Part shown: positions 17,223 to 26,555 of the stretch, in pieces
How the letters are laid out: every line of letters begins with the position of its first letter
Position numbering within the stretch: the first letter of the stretch is position 1
Assembly: GCA_025340205.1 (NCBI GenBank)
Contig: CP006868.1
Location: 1,653,058-1,685,057, forward strand
Reading direction: 5' to 3'
Source of the DNA: Ignicoccus pacificus DSM 13166
GTDB taxonomy: Archaea; Thermoproteota; Thermoprotei_A; Sulfolobales; Ignicoccaceae
Length of the DNA: 32,000 nucleotides
Program-made: the position numbers and the translations under genes
The notes under the pieces: generated by a model
The model's database searches: none
What the model saw: only the letters and a program-made list of their open reading frames with translations
Told to the model about the DNA's origin: nothing

Positions 17223-18265
17223 GGGACAGGATAGATGTAGAGCTTTTTGAACGGGTAGGCGTAATACCTCCACAAAGAATTCACATAAAAAACCATCCTT
17301 TAGGAACTCCTACCACGGCTTTCAATCCCGGACTTACATTTGATGGTGAGAATTTCCATATATATCCAAGAATAGTCGCCGGTTACTACATGTACGTTTC
17401 TGCAATAGCCCATATAGAGGTACCTCTTTATGATATGGAATCCGGTATAGTGAATTTCTCTCACTATCCAGCAGATCTGGTTGTATGTCCCACAGGACCC
17501 TTCGATATCTGGGGCGCTGAGGATCCTAGGGTTAACTTCGTAGGGTCAAGAGAAGTTATGGTATATACTGGTAGGACCATTAACTACTTTGATCCTAGCA
17601 AGAGGTCATGGAGGACTTCTCCAATAATAGCAGTAAGAGATGGATATGGGTTTAGAAAAATAGGGATGATGAGGAAAGATTTAGAAAACATAATATCAGA
17701 CAAAGACGCCTTTGTTGTTGAAGCGGACGGCAGCGTGTATCTATTCCATAGACCTCATGTAAATGTAAACGGAAAAGAGGAATTCTACATGAGTATATCT
17801 AAAATAGAGAATTGGGAAGAATTAAATGAGATCAGCGACGAACCTTTGGGAAGCTGTGGAGGAGGTACGCCGAAGGAAATGAAGCTGAGTAAAGATATCT
17901 TTAAAATGTATCCGGCAAAGTGGGAGGAAAGAATAGGCTGGGGACCGCCACCAATCGAGGTCGAACCTAACACGTTCTTAGCGTTGGTACATGCTATGGA
18001 CGGGATAGATAAGGCATATAAAGCGTTCTTGCTAATGTTTAAGATCAAAGGCGATACAGTTGAGGTAATAGGTGAAAGTCCTGGATATGTGCTGACGCCT
18101 ACCTTAACGTACGAAATATATGGAGATAGACCGTTGGTCACCTTCCCCACAGGAATGGTATTAGTGGATGGAACAGTATACATAACCTATGGAGCAGCGG
18201 ATGCGGTAATAGGGATAGCGAGAGCAGATCTAAGTGCACTAATGGCTGTAATAAAATATTTATGA
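17219..18265 (+). CDS. GH130 / DUF377 glycosidase-related protein (PH1107-like)
   Basis: 'FNPG...', 'WGAEDPRV' and '[13 protein letters not shown]' resemble the five-bladed propeller GH130 family. The GTG start overlaps the fumarase stop (GTGA). Confidence 0.6.
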   Translation: MRDRIDVELFERVGVIPPQRIHIKNHPLGTPTTAFNPGLTFDGENFHIYPRIVAGYYMYVSAIAHIEVPLYDMESGIVNFSHYPADLVVCPTGPFDIWGAEDPRVNFVGSREVMVYTGRTINYFDPSKRSWRTSPIIAVRDGYGFRKIGMMRKDLENIISDKDAFVVEADGSVYLFHRPHVNVNGKEEFYMSISKIENWEELNEISDEPLGSCGGGTPKEMKLSKDIFKMYPAKWEERIGWGPPPIEVEPNTFLALVHAMDGIDKAYKAFLLMFKIKGDTVEVIGESPGYVLTPTLTYEIYGDRPLVTFPTGMVLVDGTVYITYGAADAVIGIARADLSALMAVIKYL

Positions 18266-19943
18266 TAATGTATACAAGACGTAGCTATGCATTGCAGCGA
18301 ACTCGAAGAAGAACAGCGCGTCCAGTGGGAACGTAGTCTTTAGTTTGTTCGCGCTGTAATCGTAGAGTAAGCTCACGTAGGGTTCAAGGCCTCTGCTAAG
18401 GGCTAGTGACAGCGCGTAAGAGGCAGTTAGCGAACTCTTCTTCAGTACGTTTTCTAGGCTTATCGAGTAGTTCGTGTGTAGCGTGTAACTGGCAGATGCT
18501 ATAAAGTACATGCTGGCGGCCATCCTGAATATGGCTGGTTTATCGCTAGCGATCTTGTATATCGCTATGGCGGTCTCTAAGTTCTTATCTACGGGTATGT
18601 TCATTGCCAGTAGGTAGCCTAGGATGCCGTTTGCTGAGGAGTATAAGGCGTCAGCAGTCTTATTGAAGGTTATTTCACTTATCATCAATGAACGTGGGGC
18701 CGAGGGAACTACCTTGAGTAACTCTAGCCAAGTCCTCGTAGCTAGTGAATAATACTTGGAGTACACCAAGTAAGTTATCACATCATCGATGTTCGTGGAG
18801 TTGAGAGCGGCGTGGTAGTAGTAGTATGACTTAAGGGCTCTGCTCGCGGCAGTCATCAATACGTCCAACTTGTTAGGGTCGTATGTCATGTTACCCATGA
18901 CGATTTTCATGCTCTCCTTGGAGTATTTTTGTGCCTCCGTTCCAAGAGTCAAGATAGCTTGGAATCCATGGAGTGTTACTTGATCTATCCAGTAGGCCTT
19001 CTCAGCATACAAGGCAGCGGTAAAGGCCATGTTAACCGCTTGATACGGTTGAGTCTTTGAGAGCTTCAGCGCCTCATGGGCGAACTCGGAAGCCCTTTCG
19101 AGAAGGTTGACGCTTATGTCAGTCAACCCTCTGGTCTCGTACTTGTACTCTTCGTAGAGCTTCAGATAATAGTTTAGCCAGTTCTCCAACGTAGACTTCA
19201 GAGCAGCTGGAAGATCTTCAGCAACGAATGGTTTCGGTATCTTGGGCGGATTTGGTACCCAGTACTTGAGTGCGTCAAAGATCGTGGCTACTGGAATTAC
19301 CTTTATCCCGAGCTTTTTGCCCTCTTCTATCAAGTTTACTTTAATCTTCGAGATGCTCTGAATGACGCCGAAGGGGGTATTGACTTCCTTTACCTTTGAC
19401 AAGAAGGTAACGTTCTCGCCAAATGGTATGAGGAAGTACTTATATCCTTTTTCGGCAGCTGCCTTCATCTTGGCATAAACTCCCACCTACGGGCCCTATT
19501 GTCGCGTCTGGGCTTATGGTACCCGTTCCAGCGACGTATGGCTTTGGTTTTTGGTGAGTAAGAGCACAATAGACGGCGACGGTCATGGGCATTCCGGCGC
19601 TAGGGCCTCCGACTATCACGCTTGGTGTCTTAAAGTGAAAGAAGAAGTCGTATTTAGTCCAGTCCTTGTGAGCCAACATCGAAGCAACAAGCACTGCTAT
19701 CCTGGCAATTCCTTGCGTGTCAACTTCTGTCAGGGGTTCTGAGGAGACGTATATCTGTCCCTTTCCGGGATATGCTACGGTGACTTGAAGGGAGCCTACT
19801 ACGCCCTTCTCTCCGAAGGGTGTCAAGGTGACGCCGACCACTGGTACCGTAACCGTAGTGACGTTACTGTAACATTTCGAGAAGGCAAACGATGGTGTGA
19901 TTGCGAAGAATAGTGCTATCAACACTAGAGCAAATCTCCTCAT
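18260..19943 (-). pseudogene. Secreted archaeal Lon-like (S16, COG1750-type) serine protease with a long helical C-terminal region, interrupted by a +1 frameshift
   Basis: ORF 19440-19943 has a signal peptide 'MRRFALVLIALFFAITPSFAFS' and the Lon catalytic Ser motif 'VGGPSAGMPMTVA', and ends 'GTGTISPDATIGPVGG'. ORF 18260-19486 begins '(G)VYAKMKAAAEKGYKYFLIP', the Lys half of the Lon dyad. The frames join if one base of the run at 19481-19484 is removed. Confidence 0.7.
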
Positions 19944-19984
19944 TTCCCTTACCCTGTGAGCGAAGGACAGATGGTACTAAAGAG

Positions 19985-21289
19985 TCAATAGTTCAAGATC
20001 GCTAGTACCATTTGTTTTAGATCGCATAAATCTTTAGCCAGAAGTCTGATCATCGCTTCCTTGCCATAATATCCTCTATCATATATGACGTCGGGAAGCC
20101 TTCCAGTTTTCTTTACGGCTTCCTCAACTACCCAACCCATCGTCTTAACTCCTCTTGGCTGTTTACTTCTATCTACTTCGACGACAAGATAACCAGCTTC
20201 TTTCAAGGCTTGGATGTTTTCTTTACTGTATCTAACATTCATAGCTACGTTTACCTCTCCGTATTTTCTAGCGGATAGAAGCAATCTAGCCATGTGGTCA
20301 GAGCCACCCCACCAAGGGCATTCTAATCTTCTCAAACCATTGGGCGTTAAGTGAAGTCTGCCTGGGACACCCATTACAGTGCCCACACTTCTACTAACCT
20401 CTTTGGGAACGGAGCACGCGACGTTGAGGCCTACTTCTGGTGCTATCTTCTTAGCTTTTTCATAAGGCAAGGATTCTAACCATTTAATGAACGCCCTATA
20501 TCGTTCATGACACTCAAATCGCGCTATTGCAAGACGATGAGAAAACAGGGGATCGGGTACATAACCGCCTACATCCCTTGCGAATTTGTGAAGTAGACGC
20601 GTGAACCCTATTGCTTTCCTCGCAGCTATGAATGGATCTTCTCCTTTGGCTAAGAGGGCAGTAAGGGCGGAAGCTAGGGCGCTGCCAGAACCATGAAGGT
20701 TTATATTTACTTTGCTTCCGTGTAATAGAGCATAATTACCTTTATAATATATCACATCGACCAATTTCGAGTCTCCTAGATGACCTCCCGTTAAGACCAC
20801 TAGCTCTGGTCCCATCTCAGAAAGTCTTTGAGCGACACGAAGCATATCATCCTCATCCTTTACCTTTACGTTAGTTAGGATTTCAGCTTCTGGAATGTTC
20901 GGCGTTACTGCAAACGCATGAGAAAGTAGATCTCTATACGCGTTAGGGTCTCCATCGAAGAGGGTCCCACCAACGCCGGCCTTTAAGACAGGATCAACTA
21001 TGAGATGGTTGTTATTCTTTATAGAAAGATCTAGGATTGTCCTAAGGATTTCTTCGTTACAGAGTGCACCTGTTTTCCAGTATTTCAGCATTGTGTAAGG
21101 TTGTATCTGGCGAACTATGGTGGACACATCTAAGCATTGTCCACCGTAATATTCAGTAGGTGTTTGATACGTGATCATAGTGGCGATAGGATGCACATGG
21201 ACGTCAAACGCTTCGCCAACTTTAACATCCAGCTCTACGCCAGCACCACCGGAGGGATCGATGCCACCGATAGTCACCATCCTCCACAT
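19985..21289 (-). CDS. thiDN: Bifunctional HMP-P kinase / thiamine-phosphate synthase (ThiD-ThiN fusion)
   Basis: N-terminal 'TIGGIDPSGGAG' and 'GSGSALASALTA' (ThiD). The C-terminal ~170 aa is a ThiN-like domain, the typical archaeal fusion. ATG 21280 is an alternative start. Confidence 0.85.
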   Translation of the reverse strand: MWRMVTIGGIDPSGGAGVELDVKVGEAFDVHVHPIATMITYQTPTEYYGGQCLDVSTIVRQIQPYTMLKYWKTGALCNEEILRTILDLSIKNNNHLIVDPVLKAGVGGTLFDGDPNAYRDLLSHAFAVTPNIPEAEILTNVKVKDEDDMLRVAQRLSEMGPELVVLTGGHLGDSKLVDVIYYKGNYALLHGSKVNINLHGSGSALASALTALLAKGEDPFIAARKAIGFTRLLHKFARDVGGYVPDPLFSHRLAIARFECHERYRAFIKWLESLPYEKAKKIAPEVGLNVACSVPKEVSRSVGTVMGVPGRLHLTPNGLRRLECPWWGGSDHMARLLLSARKYGEVNVAMNVRYSKENIQALKEAGYLVVEVDRSKQPRGVKTMGWVVEEAVKKTGRLPDVIYDRGYYGKEAMIRLLAKDLCDLKQMVLAILNY

Positions 21290-21328
21290 AGGATCACAAG
21301 AGGCGTTGATAGGAGGTGTTAGTAAATC

Positions 21329-22165
21329 ATGCTATCGAAAAAGTATCCGATAAGAGGCACTAAAGTTTCATGGGGTAAAGAGAACCTTGTCGCGGTGGTG
21401 AGGGAGGAAGGCGGAGTCGCCCTCATCGATGTAGATAGTTCGCTTGTTAAGGTGATAGGGGGATTCTTGTCTTTCCAAGACGTTGCATGGAGCAAAAACA
21501 GGATAGCATGTGCTGCAAGAGCTATAGTGATGATATATGATCTTAACGGTGAGTTACATAAGGTAGTGAAGGTCGCTAGCGAGATCACGGCGTTAGGATC
21601 CTTAGAAATAGGATTTATCATAGGAACTGAAGAAGGAGAGCTAATTATGATAGATGAAAACGGTAAGAAGATCTGGGAGAACAAGGTATGGGATGGTCGA
21701 ATTGATCGAATAGAAAGAAGTAGTAGTGGATACATTCTTGTTATAGCGAACAAATATACTCTCTTAGTAGTTAGTCCCGAGGGTAAGGTAATTACAACGA
21801 ATAGCTATCGGTGGGATATGAGAAGAGTAGCTTGGAATAGTGACATGAGCTTACTAGGGGTTCCAGAGAAAGGAATATTCATCATATACAAGTGGGTTGA
21901 GGGTCAAGGCTATGTAAAAGAGAAAATGATAAAAGAGGAAGTAAAGAAAGCTGCGTGGTGTAATGGAAAGCTAGGTCTGCTAGGTCATATGGGCTTCAGA
22001 ATTTACGATGAAGAGGATAAGAACGATATACTCATTAGAATAGAAGGCGTAGACTTCGATTGGTCCCCCAACTGTAACGGCGTTTCAATATTAAGTAAAG
22101 ATCATCTTTACGTAATCTCCGATTTGAACTCTACCGCAACCAGTATGTCATTAGGGTCCAAGTAG
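21329..22165 (+). CDS. Beta-propeller repeat protein (WD40/PQQ-like)
   Basis: A motif recurs at intervals of a few dozen residues: 'KVSWGKENLVAVV', 'DVAWSKNRIACAA', 'RVAWNSDMSLLGV', 'KAAWCNGKLGLLG', 'DFDWSPNCNGVSIL'. Confidence 0.55.
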   Translation: MLSKKYPIRGTKVSWGKENLVAVVREEGGVALIDVDSSLVKVIGGFLSFQDVAWSKNRIACAARAIVMIYDLNGELHKVVKVASEITALGSLEIGFIIGTEEGELIMIDENGKKIWENKVWDGRIDRIERSSSGYILVIANKYTLLVVSPEGKVITTNSYRWDMRRVAWNSDMSLLGVPEKGIFIIYKWVEGQGYVKEKMIKEEVKKAAWCNGKLGLLGHMGFRIYDEEDKNDILIRIEGVDFDWSPNCNGVSILSKDHLYVISDLNSTATSMSLGSK

Positions 22166-23244
22166 TCAAAGGGTTTCAAGGGCTCTATGTCCATGACGCT
22201 TTTAACTCTAGCTACGACGTATACTTTCGTCCCTCTGATCTTGGAGGCAAGCTTAGAGACCCTCTCTGCTGTGATGTTATCCTTACGACCCAAGGGGACT
22301 ACCTTATTTCCAACTCTCATAAATACTAGACCTAAGGGTCCTTCCATCAACTTTATCTCAAGTAGATTGGGATGACCCTCAGAAAGTGCAGAGAGGAACA
22401 TTGCTGCGACAGGATCAGAGAACGACTCCATGAACAAGCCTCCGATGAGTTTGGAGGGTACTACTACGTCCACATTTACCAATTCACTTAATATCTTCTC
22501 TCCTTGAGAAGTATATGAGAGGGAGATTATCGTCGGTGGGTATATTCTCTTTCCCTCAACACTCTTGACTACTAATGCGGAGGCGACGTTCTCTTTATCG
22601 CTACTTCCGCAGATTATTATCTTGTTGCACGTTAGTATATCAGCTCTATAGTATGTGTCCAAATGAGTGAGATCGCCCTTTATTATCATAACACCTAAGG
22701 AGCGAGCGTTCAGTACATACTTATCTGGGGTCTCCGGTGAGGTTACCCAAACTATCCTGCTCGATTTGCCAGTTAGCTTACGAAGCCTCTCGGCGATGTC
22801 CACACAAGCGGGTGAGGTCCCTACGAGAAGTATGTTAGTGCCTCTTACCTTTCCTCCTCCCTCTCTTTCCAAGATCGCTTTAGATACTACGTTATGGGCA
22901 GCGAGGCTCAGAGCGACGGTTAAAGTGCTAAAGCCGGTTATTGCTACTACCATCGCTATCAACTTACCGATCATTGTATGGGGAACTATGTCACCGTATC
23001 CTACAGTAGTTATTGTGATGATTATCCAATATATTGCATTAAAGAAGTTCAGATGTTCTATTCTTGCATAAATATTGCTGAATATCCAAACGAAGGCGAC
23101 TAAGAATAATATTAGCATTATAGGAGTTCTACCCAGTATCGTACTGTAGAGCCAGAGTAACCATAAGTAGACAGATCTGAGGGATCTGTTTAACTTCCTA
23201 AGCTTGTATGTCAATTCACGAACTTTCAAGACTGACTGATCCAA
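22108..23244 (-). CDS. Two-TM potassium channel with C-terminal RCK/TrkA-N domain (MthK-like)
   Basis: Selectivity filter 'TTVGYGD' between two hydrophobic helices, then the Rossmann-like 'ILLVGTSPACVDIAERL'. TTG start. Confidence 0.85.
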   Translation of the reverse strand: MDQSVLKVRELTYKLRKLNRSLRSVYLWLLWLYSTILGRTPIMLILFLVAFVWIFSNIYARIEHLNFFNAIYWIIITITTVGYGDIVPHTMIGKLIAMVVAITGFSTLTVALSLAAHNVVSKAILEREGGGKVRGTNILLVGTSPACVDIAERLRKLTGKSSRIVWVTSPETPDKYVLNARSLGVMIIKGDLTHLDTYYRADILTCNKIIICGSSDKENVASALVVKSVEGKRIYPPTIISLSYTSQGEKILSELVNVDVVVPSKLIGGLFMESFSDPVAAMFLSALSEGHPNLLEIKLMEGPLGLVFMRVGNKVVPLGRKDNITAERVSKLASKIRGTKVYVVARVKSVMDIEPLKPFDYLDPNDILVAVEFKSEIT

Positions 23245-23293
23245 AAGTCACTAGAGAAGATGTTGATAAAGGTTTCACGAGAACGCTTTCCAC

Positions 23294-23350
23294 GGCTATG
23301 ATGAGGGTTAAAAGCGGTGACTTGATGATCGAGGGTCAAGCGCTGAGCCA
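23294..23350 (+). ncRNA. Candidate C/D box sRNA (2'-O-methylation guide)
   Basis: C box ATGATGA (23298-23304), 12-nt spacer, D'-like GTGA (23317-23320), C' TTGATGA (23322-23328), 14-nt spacer, D box CTGA (23343-23346). Flanking GGC/GCC could form a short terminal stem. GATAAA lies about 28 nt upstream. Confidence 0.45.
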
Positions 23351-23353
23351 CCC

Positions 23354-23361
23354 TATTTAAA
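23354..23361 (+). promoter_or_regulatory. TATA box candidate for infB
   Basis: TATTTAAA lies 36 nt upstream of GTG 23397. GGTGA (23386-23390) serves as an SD 6 nt before the start. Confidence 0.4.
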
Positions 23362-23396
23362 CTATCTCTTTAAGGTCTGTGAAACGGTGAGATAGA

Positions 23397-25220
23397 GTGA
23401 GCGAGGAGCGTCAGCGAAGGCTCAGGCAACCTATAGTGGCCGTGCTAGGTCACGTCGATCACGGAAAGACTACCTTGTTAGATAAGATTAGGGGAACGAC
23501 AGTAGCGGCCAAGGAGCCAGGGCAGATAACTCAGCACGTAGGAGCGAGTTTAGTACCATCAAATGTCATCGAAAAAGTTACTGAACCTCTGAAGAAATTG
23601 ATACCGACGGTGAAGCTGGAGCTACCGGGCTTATTGTTTATTGACACGCCAGGTCACGAGATATTTACAAATTTGAGAAAAAGAGGCGGCGCGGTTGCCG
23701 ATCTAGCCATATTAGTCGTAGATATAATGGAAGGATTCCAACCGCAAACGTATGAAGCCGTTGAAATCCTTAAACAAAGGAAAGTGCCCTTCATCGTAGC
23801 AGCTAACAAGGTCGATAGGATACCCGGCTGGAGACCTAACCCAGACCAGCCCATATTGATAAGCATGAGGAAGCAAGATCCCTCCGTAATAGAGTTCATG
23901 GATAATCAGATATACAAGATTATGGGAGAATTGGCAAAAATGGGCTTCGATAGCGATAGATTCGACAGAATAAAGAATTACACTAGACAAATAGCGATAG
24001 TTCCCATATCCGCCAAGACTGGAGAAGGCGTGCCCGAACTACTGGCACTCCTAGCCGGATTGGCCCAGAGGTTCATGAAAGGAAAGCTCAAGTATGTTGA
24101 GGGACCAGCTAAGGGCGTAGTTATGGAAGTCAAGGAGGAACCCGGGTACGGATCCACAATTGATACCATAATTTATGATGGTATAATAAAGCAAGGTGAC
24201 ACAATAGTAGTCGGCGGAATCGAAGAACCGATAGTGACTAAGGTTAGGGCACTTCTGATACCAGAACCTCTGCAAGAGATAAGGGCTACCAAGAGGTTCA
24301 GAGCGGTTGATGAAGTAAGCGCAGCGGCAGGAGTGAAGATAGTTGCGCCCGGCCTCGACAAAGCGGTAGCCGGTGCACCAATATATGTAGTTGAAAGAGA
24401 GGAAGATTTGGAGAAGATAAAGGAGCAAGTCAAGAAGGAAGTCGAGGAGGTACTTATCGAGACCGATGCAGAGGGAGTAATAGTAAAGGCCGATACCTTA
24501 GGTACCTTGGAGGCTTTGGTTCAATTCTTAAGAAGTAGAAACATACCGGTGAGGATGGCCAGAGTAGGTCCAGTCACCAAGAGAGACGTTATGGAAGCTA
24601 TAGCTGTCAAGAGGCATAAGAAGGAATACGGTGTCATACTAGCCTTTAACGTCAAGGTGTTACCAGAAGCTAAGGAGCTGGCGGAGAAGGAGGGTATAAA
24701 GATCTTCCAGCACAACGTAATATACAAGCTCATTGAAGACTTTGAGGAGTGGTTGAATAAGCTTAAGGAAGAGGAGAGGCGGAAGGAGCTAGAGAAGCTA
24801 ATTAGACCCGGAAAGATACGCATTCTTCCGGGTTTCGTCTTCAGAAGGAGCGATCCAGCTATCGTCGGAGTGGAGGTACTAGGAGGAACGATAAAGCCTG
24901 GCTACCCCTTAATGAAGGAGAGCGGTGAAAGGGTTGGATCAATACTTCAAATACAAGATAAAGGGAAAACAGTTCACGTAGCCAGAGCTGGGCAACAAGT
25001 AGCGATATCGATTAAGGGTAGAGTAATGGTGGGTAGACACATTCACGAAGGAGAAATACTCTATACAGACATACCTTCCTCACATGCGAGGCTCTGGCAG
25101 ACGAAGTTCAGGAAGGAGTTAAGTGACGACGAATGGCATACGTTACAAGAGATCATAAAGATAAAGAGGAAACAAGATCCCCTCTACGGGCTTGCCATAG
25201 GTGCTTCAACCAATAAGTGA
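23397..25220 (+). CDS. infB: Translation initiation factor aIF5B (IF-2 homologue)
   Basis: GTPase motifs 'GHVDHGKTTLLD', 'DTPGHE' and 'NKVD'. 607 aa, typical for an intein-free aIF5B. Confidence 0.95.
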   Translation: MSEERQRRLRQPIVAVLGHVDHGKTTLLDKIRGTTVAAKEPGQITQHVGASLVPSNVIEKVTEPLKKLIPTVKLELPGLLFIDTPGHEIFTNLRKRGGAVADLAILVVDIMEGFQPQTYEAVEILKQRKVPFIVAANKVDRIPGWRPNPDQPILISMRKQDPSVIEFMDNQIYKIMGELAKMGFDSDRFDRIKNYTRQIAIVPISAKTGEGVPELLALLAGLAQRFMKGKLKYVEGPAKGVVMEVKEEPGYGSTIDTIIYDGIIKQGDTIVVGGIEEPIVTKVRALLIPEPLQEIRATKRFRAVDEVSAAAGVKIVAPGLDKAVAGAPIYVVEREEDLEKIKEQVKKEVEEVLIETDAEGVIVKADTLGTLEALVQFLRSRNIPVRMARVGPVTKRDVMEAIAVKRHKKEYGVILAFNVKVLPEAKELAEKEGIKIFQHNVIYKLIEDFEEWLNKLKEEERRKELEKLIRPGKIRILPGFVFRRSDPAIVGVEVLGGTIKPGYPLMKESGERVGSILQIQDKGKTVHVARAGQQVAISIKGRVMVGRHIHEGEILYTDIPSSHARLWQTKFRKELSDDEWHTLQEIIKIKRKQDPLYGLAIGASTNK

Positions 25221-25233
25221 GGGCGACTTTTTG

Positions 25234-25291
25234 ATGATGAGTAAGGGAGTCAGGTGATCCAAAAGGAGATGACCGGAAACGGAACAGCTGA
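25234..25291 (+). ncRNA. Weaker candidate C/D box sRNA in the infB 3' flank
   Basis: ATGATGA (25234-25240), 13 nt, GTGA (25254-25257), 8 nt, GAGATGA (25266-25272), 15 nt, CTGA (25288-25291). No convincing terminal stem, and the second spacer is long. Confidence 0.3.
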
Positions 25292-25370
25292 GACTATTTC
25301 CTTGCGCATCTTGGGCACAATGAGGATGCTAGAAAGGGGCGAGAGATGAGCGGAGGCCGGGCTCCGAGTG

Positions 25371-26390
25371 CTAAAAGGTTGGCTTACCACCGGACGCCTC
25401 AACGATCCTTCGAATTCTCTCGATAACGTCGTTGCTTTTGATGAAATCTATTACCTCGTCGTATGCTTCTCTAAGGTCCTTTTCACTTAATACGTGTAAG
25501 GCCATAGCAGCGTTCAAGCCCAAGAAGATGGCTTCTGGGACTTCTCCTCTAAAGGCCCTTAGAACCTTTTCCTTGGACTCTTCAACGCTGCTCACCCTTA
25601 ATGGATCCAAGCTCTCTAAAGCTCTTGCTCCAAAGTCACTTACATCTACCACGCTCTTAGTAATCTCCCCGTCTTCAATTAAGTAAACTTGAGTAGTTGA
25701 TATGGGAGAAACCTCATCAATACCCGGTCTTCCATGTATCACAGCAGCTCTCTTGATTCCTAAGGTACTTAGCGCCTTTGCCATGGGTTCTAGCATCCAC
25801 TCCTTACTAACGCCGAGCACTTGGTAGCCTGGTCTCGCTGGGTTGCTTAGAGGTCCTATTAAGTTAAAGATAGTCCTTATCCCCAGCGCCTTTCGTACTG
25901 GCATCACGTTCTTCATGGCAGGGTGATACTTGGGAGCGAAGATAAACGCAAAGTTACTTTTTGCTAAAGCTTTCTCAACCTCTTCTGGAGATAGATCGAT
26001 CTTATAACCTAATGCTTCGAGAAGATCAGCACTTCCGCTAATTCCAGAGACGCTTCTGTTTCCATGCTTGACTACGGGATAACCCATAGCTGCCAAAAGA
26101 AATGCGGTAGCGGTACTTACGTTGAATAATGAGGCCTTATCCCCGCCCGTCCCTGCGGTGTCTAACGCTTCAGGGAAGGGGCCCACCTTGATTGCGAGAT
26201 CTCTAAGCGCCTTGGCGAACCCTGCTATTTCATTGAAACCTTCACCTTTACATCGCAACGCTACTAGGATAGCACTCTTCATTACGTCATCAATTTTGTT
26301 CTCTGCAATTGCTAAGGCCACATTATATGCATCCTCTAAAGAGAGATCCTTACCTGAAAGAAGGAGTTCGAGGAGTTCATTCCACTTCAC
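25371..26390 (-). CDS. trpD: Anthranilate phosphoribosyltransferase
   Basis: 'DTAGTGGDK' and 'VKHGNRSVSGISGSADLLEALG' TrpD motifs. 339 aa. GTG start. Confidence 0.85.
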   Translation of the reverse strand: MKWNELLELLLSGKDLSLEDAYNVALAIAENKIDDVMKSAILVALRCKGEGFNEIAGFAKALRDLAIKVGPFPEALDTAGTGGDKASLFNVSTATAFLLAAMGYPVVKHGNRSVSGISGSADLLEALGYKIDLSPEEVEKALAKSNFAFIFAPKYHPAMKNVMPVRKALGIRTIFNLIGPLSNPARPGYQVLGVSKEWMLEPMAKALSTLGIKRAAVIHGRPGIDEVSPISTTQVYLIEDGEITKSVVDVSDFGARALESLDPLRVSSVEESKEKVLRAFRGEVPEAIFLGLNAAMALHVLSEKDLREAYDEVIDFIKSNDVIERIRRIVEASGGKPTF

Positions 26391-26555
26391 GACTGTGTAC
26401 CGAGGATAGGTAAAGGTAATTGTACAAAAAAGTTACTCCTTGGGCTTGCAGATGACAGGGGCGTTAGGGCCTTGGTCCTCGCAGACTAGAACGACCTCGT
26501 TGTTCTCGGTGTTCGCGCTCATGAGGTTCCACCATGAGGCACAGTCTTGTGGGCA

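Noticed and set aside
21319-21753. 144-aa minus-strand ORF opposite the beta-propeller gene
   Set aside because: The plus-strand frame shows a repeating blade motif, whereas the minus-strand product is low-complexity Ser/Leu/Pro/Thr. This is a shadow ORF. The same reasoning applies to 8491-8820, 12695-13060, 15368-15742, 17785-18183, 22667-23071 and the several ORFs inside infB (23654-24823).
22108-22165. Convergent 3'-end overlaps: 58 nt here, 57 nt at 7735-7791, 16 nt at 30666-30681 and 45 nt at 29384-29428
   Set aside because: Such overlaps are common in compact hyperthermophile genomes. They may partly reflect run-on of the ORF beyond the true functional C-terminus, so they are not evidence of a special mechanism by themselves.
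26433-26522. 29-aa minus-strand ORF (MSANTENNEVVLVCEDQGPNAPVICKPKE) in the GC-rich spacer upstream of trpD
   Set aside because: It is very short, has no SD or TATA in a convincing position, and nothing marks it as more than chance.
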